From positions 32,001 to 96,000 of the forward strand of contig CAVOVB010000010.1 in NCBI GenBank assembly GCA_963699755.1: 64,000 bases of DNA, given 5' to 3'. Every line of letters starts with the position of its first letter. Positions within the stretch are counted from its first letter, which is position 1. The DNA comes from an uncultured delta proteobacterium. Its GTDB lineage: Bacteria > Myxococcota_A > Polyangia > Polyangiales > Houyiibacteriaceae. Below are positions 1 to 8,826 of this stretch, in pieces. The notes below the pieces were generated by a model that saw only the letters and a list, made by a program, of their open reading frames with translations, was not told the DNA's origin and searched no databases. Made by a program: the position numbers and the translations under genes.

Positions 1-387
1 AGCTTCGCGACGCTTCTGTCCTACAAGGACGAGATCCGCGAGATCATGGAGTTCTGCCTCGCGAACGATCCAGACTATTTCTACAGTGGTCCAAACCGTT
101 ACTTCGGCGTCTTCTATGCCAAGGCGCCAGGTTTCGCCGGCGGCGACATGCAGAAGTCGGCCGCTTACTTCAACACGGCCATCGACGCGTACCCGAACTA
201 CTTCGGCACGCGAATCCTCATGGCGGAGGAATGGGCGGTCAAAGAAGACAATCGCCCGCTGTTCGAGGAGCTCGTGAACTTCGTTCTCAATGGCGACCCA
301 AACGTGATCCCAGAGATCGTTCCGGAGAGCATGTGCGAGCAGCGCAAGGCCAAGAAGCTGATGGCTGAAATCGACGACACTTTCTGA
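1..387 (+). CDS. TRAP transporter TatT (T) component, TPR-like; 5'-truncated
   Basis: Frame is open from base 1 (SFATLLSYKDEIREIM...). Y-x-GP-x-R-x-FG...Y-x-KAP-x-F-x-GGD-x-x-KS...F pattern resembles the TatT family, and the gene lies directly upstream of a DctP gene. Confidence 0.75.
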   Translation, partial: SFATLLSYKDEIREIMEFCLANDPDYFYSGPNRYFGVFYAKAPGFAGGDMQKSAAYFNTAIDAYPNYFGTRILMAEEWAVKEDNRPLFEELVNFVLNGDPNVIPEIVPESMCEQRKAKKLMAEIDDTF

Positions 388-441
388 TCTGAATAGGCCC
401 AAGCGCGGCAGCGTCCACAGGGCCAGCCCGAGGAGAATCCA

Positions 442-1455
442 ATGCGTAAGTCCATAGTCTGTGTTGTGGCGTTTTTCGCCCTTTCCCTCCTGTTTGCTAG
501 ACCCGCCCCAGCATCGGCACAGGAATACGTGTTGGAGATGGGGACAGTCGTCCCCGCGGGCAGCCCTTGGGCGCTGCAGCTCAAGCGCCTCAAGAAGTAC
601 ATCGAAGAAGAGACGGGCGGCCGGATGAAGGTCAAGTTACGCCTCGGTGGCTCGAACGAGCGCTCGCTCGCTCGGCGGACTCAGATGGGCAGCAAGCAGG
701 GCTTTGCCGGCTCGGTGGGAGGCCTCAGCTCGATCGTTCGTGAGGTGAACGTGCTCGAGGCGCCGTATGTGTTCGACACCGTGGAGCAGGCGGACAAGGC
801 CCTCGATGACCCCGAAGTTCTCAAGCAGGTTCGCGCCATTCTCGCGGAGCAGAAGCTCGTCTTTGCCCTTTGGGGAGAGAACGGCTTTCGCTCGTACTTC
901 AGCCGGCGCCCGATTCGCAGCCCCGACGACATGAAGGGGGTTCGCTACCGTTCGCAAGAAGCGATTGCCCACGTCGAAGCTTATAAAGCGCTTGGCGCAA
1001 GCCCGGTGACCATCGATGTCGCCAACACGATGACCAGCCTGCAAACGGGCGTCGTCGACGGCTTCGACAACACCCCGCTCTTTGCGATGGCCACGACCTG
1101 GTACCAGGGCCTGGACGACGGGGAGCGCAACCTCTTGCTCTCCAAGCACTCCTACCAGCCCGGCATCGTCGTGTACTCCAAGAAGTGGTTCGACACCCTC
1201 CCCGCGGACATCCAGAAGGTCCTCCTGAGCGTCCCCTACGACCTCACCACCTGGGGCCGCGAGCAGGTCCGCAAAATGGAACCGGTGCTCATCAAGAACC
1301 TCGTCCGCTACGGCTACGACATTCACGACCCGAGCAAGGCCGAGCTCCAGAAGTTCAAGGACAAAGAAAAGGGCGTCCCGGAGAACGTCGCAAAGCAGGT
1401 CGGCCCAGCGGGCGTGAAGCTCCTGAAGGCGGTCAACGCGGCACTCGCCAAGTAG
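442..1455 (+). CDS. dctP: TRAP transporter substrate-binding protein DctP/TatP
   Basis: Signal peptide; GTVVPAGSPW, ENGFR, P-DMKG-R-R and SLQTGVVDG motifs; GAGGAG RBS. Confidence 0.9.
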   Translation: MRKSIVCVVAFFALSLLFARPAPASAQEYVLEMGTVVPAGSPWALQLKRLKKYIEEETGGRMKVKLRLGGSNERSLARRTQMGSKQGFAGSVGGLSSIVREVNVLEAPYVFDTVEQADKALDDPEVLKQVRAILAEQKLVFALWGENGFRSYFSRRPIRSPDDMKGVRYRSQEAIAHVEAYKALGASPVTIDVANTMTSLQTGVVDGFDNTPLFAMATTWYQGLDDGERNLLLSKHSYQPGIVVYSKKWFDTLPADIQKVLLSVPYDLTTWGREQVRKMEPVLIKNLVRYGYDIHDPSKAELQKFKDKEKGVPENVAKQVGPAGVKLLKAVNAALAK

Positions 1456-1479
1456 TCCCTCAAAACCGGCGGCCGCCAG

Positions 1480-2901
1480 TCACGGAGTTTCGCCGTGGAC
1501 ATAGACCCAGGTGCCTGGATTTTCCTCGGTCGCCATTCCCCCGTGCCAAACTTCCGGCAGGTCCGGCCCGGCCCAGTTGTAGAGCCACTTGGCGTCACGG
1601 GGCGCCAAGTTGATGCAGCCGTGGCTTCTTGGACGGCCGAAGCGGTCGTGCCAAAAGGCGCTGTGGAAGGCGTACGCGCCTTTGAAGTACATGACGTAGG
1701 GAACGTCTTCGAGCGAGTATGGCGGCTCGCCAGGCTCGTTGTTGTCCATTGTCGAGGTCAGATGCTTGCCGCGGATGCGGTAGAGGCCCGTGGGCGTGAG
1801 ATAGCTCTGCTCTGGGGTCGGCGCCCGACTCCGCCCAGTGGAGACCAGGGTGATGTACCGGGGCTGCTTCCAGTCATAGGCCACCAAGACCTGCCGGCTA
1901 AGGTCGACCTCAATCCACCGCTGCCCCTCCCCCACTCCTTCGGGTGGTGGGCTGGCCTCGATGACCATCGTCTCCGCCGCGCGAATCAATCTCCCGTCTC
2001 CAATCACCAGGTAACCCGTACCGTCGATCCGTCGGCGTGATTGCACCGGAAGCCAAGTACGCCTCTTCAGACGCTCACGATCGCCCTTAAGCTTCCCTCG
2101 GTCATTGAGCCGATAGACGATCGTCTCCTCGCTTCGGGTCACGGCGACGGGCAGATTCCAGCTTTGGCCATCGAGCACGTGCCCTTGGAACTCACTCCAA
2201 GGCTTGCTCCGCAGTTCCTTGGCGGGGACAAAACCGTTTTGCTGCGTGCGCCAATAGGTTTCGCCATCTCGTTCGAATCGTCGATCCAAGCTCACGTAGA
2301 AGCCTGGCTGAAGGATCCGAAGCACGAGCGGATGGTCGATGTCCGTCGTGGGCGCAGGTAGGTCGGGCTCTTCGGGCGCGGTCAGCTCGACACCCGCATC
2401 CGCGGGTTCAGGGGGGATCTGGTACAGTTCATCGGCACGTGGAATCCGCTTGTAGAGGGGGGTTTTTCGGCGAACGGTCACGTATTCGTATGGCATGACG
2501 GCGTTGCGGTCTGGTTGGCGCGCGCGAAGCTCCGGTAAGCGGTCGCCCGAGAAGACGATGATGTCGCGCCCTCTGCACGCAAAGCCTCCGGTGTCGAGCT
2601 CGTACCAACCCTCTTCGCAGCCTTCGTAGCCAAGGGGCTCGGTCGTGGTCGAGTGAAGGAGCGCGCCGGCACGCAGATAGCCGAGGCGCTCGCCTTCCGA
2701 GCTTGGCGCGGATCGTATGGGTGTGACGAAGCGCTTCGCGAACACGCGCTGCGGCGGCCCGAGATCACGCGGCTGCGGTGGACGCAGGGTCTCGAGAAAA
2801 GGAAGCGGGTCGTCGAGGCTGCAACCTGCGAGCGGGAATAGGGCCACAGCGCCGATCAGCACGCAGGCAGAGTCCATCAATGCTCGTCGTGTGCGCAGCA
2901 C
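1480..2901 (-). CDS. L,D-transpeptidase (YkuD domain), probable lipoprotein
   Basis: WIEVDLSRQ-L-AY, VSTG, TPTG and the catalytic HSAFWH...SHGCINL motif; LAGC lipobox near the N-terminus. Confidence 0.9.
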   Translation of the reverse strand: MLRTRRALMDSACVLIGAVALFPLAGCSLDDPLPFLETLRPPQPRDLGPPQRVFAKRFVTPIRSAPSSEGERLGYLRAGALLHSTTTEPLGYEGCEEGWYELDTGGFACRGRDIIVFSGDRLPELRARQPDRNAVMPYEYVTVRRKTPLYKRIPRADELYQIPPEPADAGVELTAPEEPDLPAPTTDIDHPLVLRILQPGFYVSLDRRFERDGETYWRTQQNGFVPAKELRSKPWSEFQGHVLDGQSWNLPVAVTRSEETIVYRLNDRGKLKGDRERLKRRTWLPVQSRRRIDGTGYLVIGDGRLIRAAETMVIEASPPPEGVGEGQRWIEVDLSRQVLVAYDWKQPRYITLVSTGRSRAPTPEQSYLTPTGLYRIRGKHLTSTMDNNEPGEPPYSLEDVPYVMYFKGAYAFHSAFWHDRFGRPRSHGCINLAPRDAKWLYNWAGPDLPEVWHGGMATEENPGTWVYVHGETP

Positions 2902-2931
2902 GGTCTCGGTCTGCTACGAACTGTCATTAGG

Positions 2932-4191
2932 ATGAGCACGGGTCAACAACTCGAGGCGTTTTCTACGACGTTCGGGCTCGTCGCATCCCTCGCGATACAT
3001 CTAGCCGCCCTCGCATCCCTGACGAGCGCCACTACCCAATACGACTTCGACTTCGAGCTCAAGCTTCCCGCGGAAGTGGAGTTCGGCCTAACCGGCGAGA
3101 TGGCGATGGCGCCAGCCGAGGAACCCCCAAGTGCAAGGGGCTCGCCAGACCCGAGATGGGCAGGCGACGCACAAGAGGCAGAGGATCACGCCCCCCCGAC
3201 AATCATCGACGCCGGCGTCCCCGACGCTGGCGCTGACACGGCAGCCCCGGAGCTCCCCATCGCTTCCCCGACCCTCTCGGGCCCCTCCCGCATTCCCCCC
3301 GGTGCACAACTAGCCCTACGCGTGGATCTCAGACGGATTCGCGAATCCGCTCTTGCTCCCGACGTCACCAGCTTCTTGCAGGGCGTTCCCGACTGGCAGC
3401 TGCTGCTGGATGGCTCGGGAATCGATCCCGTCGCCGACCTCGATCGCCTACTTGTTGCAACGCCCAACTTGGAGCGGTCCAGGCTGGTATTGGCGGGTCA
3501 GCACCGGCACGGTGAGAGCTTTGCACCCAAGAGTGTACAACGGCTGGCACGCTCCCGTGGAAAAACCGTGCGTTGGCGCCAACGCCATGGAGTGGCCACG
3601 GCACCCTGGCACAACCTCGATCAGACGCGTCGCACCATTGCACTTCTGAGTGCGCAGCACTTCAGCATTAGCCGGCGACAAGATCTCGAACGCGTCCTGG
3701 CGATGGCCATGGCGCGCGAGCTCCAGGACGCAAACAAGGAAGGACTCGTTGCGGCGAGCGGGCCCGCTGCCCTTCTGTCGATGGGCCCGGACGAAGCAAT
3801 CTCCTTGGAGATCGAAGGCGTGCACCGCTTCGTGCTTGGAAACATCAAGCATATACCAATTCGTTTGCGTCTGGCCGTGCGGGAAACCGGACGCGACGAA
3901 GCAACGCTGAGCGTTCTCGCAACCTATGCGACCGAAGACCTCGCACGAGACGCATCGGTCTACTGGAAGAAGGTCGCTGCGTTCTACTCGCAGCAGCTCA
4001 TCATGAGCCTAACCGGCTTTGGGAAGACCCTTAGGGAAATGGACTTTGCGCCCGAAGAAGAGCGAATCCGGATCTCATTCCGGCTCAGCGCCGACCAGAT
4101 TCGCTTCATCCTGAGTTACGCTGAGGGACGGCTGCGCGGGGCGCGGGGCGCGACAAACAAGGGCGCGGCACCAAGAAAAAAGGGGCCCTGA
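2932..4191 (+). CDS. Hypothetical membrane-anchored protein
   Basis: 419-aa ORF with an N-terminal hydrophobic helix (SLAIHLAAL), a Pro/Ala-rich linker and a globular C-terminus; fills the gap between the flanking genes. Confidence 0.75.
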   Translation: MSTGQQLEAFSTTFGLVASLAIHLAALASLTSATTQYDFDFELKLPAEVEFGLTGEMAMAPAEEPPSARGSPDPRWAGDAQEAEDHAPPTIIDAGVPDAGADTAAPELPIASPTLSGPSRIPPGAQLALRVDLRRIRESALAPDVTSFLQGVPDWQLLLDGSGIDPVADLDRLLVATPNLERSRLVLAGQHRHGESFAPKSVQRLARSRGKTVRWRQRHGVATAPWHNLDQTRRTIALLSAQHFSISRRQDLERVLAMAMARELQDANKEGLVAASGPAALLSMGPDEAISLEIEGVHRFVLGNIKHIPIRLRLAVRETGRDEATLSVLATYATEDLARDASVYWKKVAAFYSQQLIMSLTGFGKTLREMDFAPEEERIRISFRLSADQIRFILSYAEGRLRGARGATNKGAAPRKKGP

Positions 4192-4206
4192 AGGGCCCCT
4201 CTTTCT
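4175..4206. terminator. Intrinsic terminator between convergent genes, probably bidirectional
   Basis: AGGGGCCC-TGAA-GGGCCCCT hairpin (4181-4200) flanked by an A-run (U-tract on the minus strand) and CTTTCT. Confidence 0.8.
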
Positions 4207-4226
4207 CGATTCTTGCTCTCAGCGAC

Positions 4227-4541
4227 TCAGAGGACCAGGTCCTTGAGCTTCTTGAGAGGCGTTGCGCGGATCTTTTTGGACGCGGGCTTGGGCGGAAGCA
4301 TCATCTCCTCGCCGGTTGCCGGGTTACGTCCCATCCGAGCGGGTTTCGCCGCAATCTTACGAACCTTGAGCTTGATCATATCGGGAATGACAAACTCCCC
4401 TGAACCACGGCGACCAAGCTCTTTTTTGACGAGGTCTTGAAGTGCATCAAAAACCCCGACGATTTCCTTCTTGGTGAGGCCAGTCTTCTCGGCCAGCTCG
4501 CTCATGGTCTGGGCCTTTGTCATTCGCTTGCCCGCTACCAT
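4227..4541 (-). CDS. hup: HU family DNA-binding protein
   Basis: MTKAQ-ELAEKTGLTKK and arm motif ARMGRNPATGE; AGGAGG RBS. Confidence 0.92.
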   Translation of the reverse strand: MVAGKRMTKAQTMSELAEKTGLTKKEIVGVFDALQDLVKKELGRRGSGEFVIPDMIKLKVRKIAAKPARMGRNPATGEEMMLPPKPASKKIRATPLKKLKDLVL

Positions 4542-4927
4542 AGTTCCCTCCTAACTGTGTTCCCTGCCCCTTCTGTTCAAAAAAGGCCCCAAAAGAAAGC
4601 CCCAGACAGGTACGGCGCCATCTATGCCTGGGCTTTTCCTTGCTGACAAGGGTCTTTGTTTGGTTTCGCAAACAAATTTCTGGGGGTTAATCGATCCTCG
4701 CCTGCGCAAGAGTCGGCGTTGCAGCGCTGCCGTCCGCTGACCCCCGCTTTTGTACACAGCCGGTCCACAGCTTCGAGCCCCCAGGCCAGCCGTTTTTTCA
4801 TGGGCAGGTCCGAGAAGCTGAATCAATCTGATTTTCATGCACTTAGTGCCCAAAGCGAAAGCCATTTGCGAAGATCGTAAGCCACAATTGCCCTCGCACG
4901 CCGCCGGTTTTCCACAGGTGAGAAGGG

Positions 4928-5371
4928 TTAACGAGCGGCCTTCACGGCGGCCAAAAGATCCTCGGTCCGGGCTTTCATTTCACGTTCCTGCCCCCTGTTG
5001 GCGTGATCGTAGCCGAGGAGGTGGAGAAGGCCGTGCGCCAACAAAAAGGTCACTTCTTCGATGATCGGGCGATCGTGCTCGGCCGCCTGGCGCCGCGCGG
5101 TGGGGAGGGAAATCACCACGTCGCCGAGCAGCCCCGCGCTCGCCTCCGGCCCAGGTCCCTCTTGCATGGGGAAGGCGAGGACGTCGGTTGCCCTGTCCTT
5201 CTTCCGGTATCGGCGATTGAGCGAACGGATCGTTGCGTCGTCACAAAGGAGGATCGAAAGCTCCGCGTCGCGCAAGCCGAGGGACTCGAGCATCGCCTCG
5301 GCGCGCCAGAGAAGCTCGCCGTGACGAAACGGGCGTCGTTCGAGACGGCGTGAGCGGAGCCAGACAGGCAT
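4928..5371 (-). CDS. ybeY: rRNA maturation endoribonuclease YbeY
   Basis: LN-RYR-KD-ATDVLAF, LGDVVIS and HGLLHLLGYDH motifs; start moved to ATG 5371 (GGGAG upstream). Confidence 0.95.
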   Translation of the reverse strand: MPVWLRSRRLERRPFRHGELLWRAEAMLESLGLRDAELSILLCDDATIRSLNRRYRKKDRATDVLAFPMQEGPGPEASAGLLGDVVISLPTARRQAAEHDRPIIEEVTFLLAHGLLHLLGYDHANRGQEREMKARTEDLLAAVKAAR

Positions 5372-5454
5372 CGATCGGCTACTGGCTCCCGCCGCCGAGT
5401 GGGTCAAGCCGGACGGCAGGGTGCCCAGGTCATGCTGCTTGCTATGCTCGACCG

Positions 5455-6597
5455 GTGTTTGAGAAAGTACTGATCCTCCGCCGGGGAGAGGCCGCCACCC
5501 GCGTCGCGCGTACCTGTCGTAGAATGGGCGTCGAATCGATCGTCGTCGCCCCGAAGGACGGGCAAGCAAGCCGTCACATCGAGGCGGCCGATCGGAGCAT
5601 CATAGTCGACTTCGAGGAGGCCAAGGGCATTCCGACCGATCAGTTGCCCGCGATCCTCGAGCAAGCAGGCGCCGACGCGGCACACCTGGGCTATCAAGGC
5701 CAGCCAGAGATGTTCGAGCTCGCGAGCGCCGTCGAGAAGGCCGACATGGCCGTAGTGGGCACCGACCTCGACGTGTTGAGCGCGCTCGCCGACCAGTCGA
5801 CCATTCAAGCCGCCGCGGATCGCGCAGAGGTGCGCACGATCAATGACAGAAGGGACTCTTTGCGGCCTCGCGAAATCAGCGTGCTCGTTGCGGCGGACTC
5901 CCGTGGGGAAACCATCGCTATCGCGGAATGCGACCGAAGCCTATCGAGCTCTGAGCATACGCTGATCCACGAGACCCCTTCACCCGAGCTGATCTTTCGT
6001 ACCGACGGGGAGGCGTTTCGTATGTCGCTCTTCGAGAGCGCCAGTCGCCTGGCCGCCCAGCTTCGGTACGCAGGGCTTCTCGAGGTGATGTTTCAGATCG
6101 ACCCATCCGGCCTGTCCTGGGTCTCCGACGTGAGGATCGGCCTGCCCCGGCACCACACACTCATCGAGATGGTCACCGGGTTGGACTTGGTTGCAGCGCA
6201 ACTTCGTATCGCCTCTGGCGAACCAATCCCCGAAGAGCTCCAGACCGTCGAGCCCCGTGGTCATGCCCTCGACGCGTCGATCATCGCGCTCGACCGGCAG
6301 GATGCCGTCGTCTCCTCGTACTCGATTTCGCCGGCACCGCAGGGTCGCGTCCGTGCGACTTCCTCTGCCACCGTGGGTTTGCCGCTTCCGGCCGACGATC
6401 GTCCCTTGATCGCCAAGCTGAGCGCGTACGAGCCGATCCGCCACCGCGCGATCCTGTCGATGGACCGGATGCTCGCAGAAATGCGGGTCGAGCCGTTCTC
6501 CAACAACGTGCAGACGCTGAGGCGAGTCCTCAGCGACTATGCGTTCCGTGCAGGGCAGTACGACAGCGAATCGGCGTTGCGATTCGCGGCCGGCTGA
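5455..6597 (+). CDS. Biotin carboxylase-like protein, degenerate (B-domain missing)
   Basis: GTG start gives MFEKVLILRRGEAATRVARTCRRMG, matching the AccC N-terminus. EMVTGLDLV-QLRIASGE, RGHA and IAKL C-domain motifs are retained; ATP-grasp motifs are absent. Confidence 0.8.
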   Translation: MFEKVLILRRGEAATRVARTCRRMGVESIVVAPKDGQASRHIEAADRSIIVDFEEAKGIPTDQLPAILEQAGADAAHLGYQGQPEMFELASAVEKADMAVVGTDLDVLSALADQSTIQAAADRAEVRTINDRRDSLRPREISVLVAADSRGETIAIAECDRSLSSSEHTLIHETPSPELIFRTDGEAFRMSLFESASRLAAQLRYAGLLEVMFQIDPSGLSWVSDVRIGLPRHHTLIEMVTGLDLVAAQLRIASGEPIPEELQTVEPRGHALDASIIALDRQDAVVSSYSISPAPQGRVRATSSATVGLPLPADDRPLIAKLSAYEPIRHRAILSMDRMLAEMRVEPFSNNVQTLRRVLSDYAFRAGQYDSESALRFAAG

Positions 6598-6612
6598 CGT
6601 CCCGATCGGCCC

Positions 6613-7947
<1,335 letters not shown>

Positions 7948-7962
7948 CTAGGCTCCGCCGCC

Positions 7963-8823
7963 ATGCACGCCCTCCTGTTCATTCCTTGGTTTCGGCTCGA
8001 GGCCTGGGACATCCCTCTTCCGTTCTCGCTACCGGTCTTGGGAGATACCCTGTCGATTCAGCCCTTTGGCGTTCTGGTTGCGACTGGCGTGCTGCTCGGC
8101 GCATGGGTCGCAGGCCGCTTCGCCCGACGCAATGACCTCGACCCCGTGGCTACCGGCGACCTTGTCACCTACGCGGTCGTTACCGGATTCATTCTCGGGT
8201 ACTTCCTCAATGGCCTCTTCTACGAGCGGGATGCCTTGATGGAGATCCTGCGTGAGCCCTCGCGACTCTTTTCCACCTGGCTCGGGCTCTCGTCCTACGG
8301 CGGTTTCTTTGGCGGAATCCTCGGCTGCTTCATCTGGAAGTATCGAAAGAAGATGGAGCTCCTACCCTATGCAAACGCGGTTTGTTTCGGTTTGCCTTTC
8401 GGATGGCTATTCGGACGCATGGGTTGCTTCGTGGTCCACGACCATGCCGGAAAGGTCACCGACTTTGCGCTTGCCGTCGCCGACTACCGATTCGGCGCCC
8501 CTCCCTATCAGCCACGCCACGACCTTGGCCTTTACGAGGTGCTCTACTCGGCCTTGATCATCGCCCTCTTCCTTGGGCTCGAGTACCGAAGGCGTCGTCC
8601 CGTAGGCTTCTACTGCGTGCTCTTGCCTTTGGCGTATGCGCCGGTTCGATTCTTCCTCGACTTCCTACGGGCTGCGCCGCTCGAGGGCGGCGACATTCGG
8701 TATGCCGGGCTGACCCCAGCGCAGTGGTCCTCGATCGCCATGGTCTGCGTCGGCCTGGCGGTTTGGCAGTTCGGCGTGAGGCCACGCATGAACGCCGGCG
8801 AACCGCAGAACGTGAGCAGCTGA
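7963..8823 (+). CDS. lgt: Prolipoprotein diacylglyceryl transferase
   Basis: Multi-TM protein with GLSSYGG, GRMGCF, RH-LYE, RFFLDFLR and GLTPAQW-S motifs. Confidence 0.85.
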   Translation: MHALLFIPWFRLEAWDIPLPFSLPVLGDTLSIQPFGVLVATGVLLGAWVAGRFARRNDLDPVATGDLVTYAVVTGFILGYFLNGLFYERDALMEILREPSRLFSTWLGLSSYGGFFGGILGCFIWKYRKKMELLPYANAVCFGLPFGWLFGRMGCFVVHDHAGKVTDFALAVADYRFGAPPYQPRHDLGLYEVLYSALIIALFLGLEYRRRRPVGFYCVLLPLAYAPVRFFLDFLRAAPLEGGDIRYAGLTPAQWSSIAMVCVGLAVWQFGVRPRMNAGEPQNVSS

Positions 8824-8826
8824 GCG

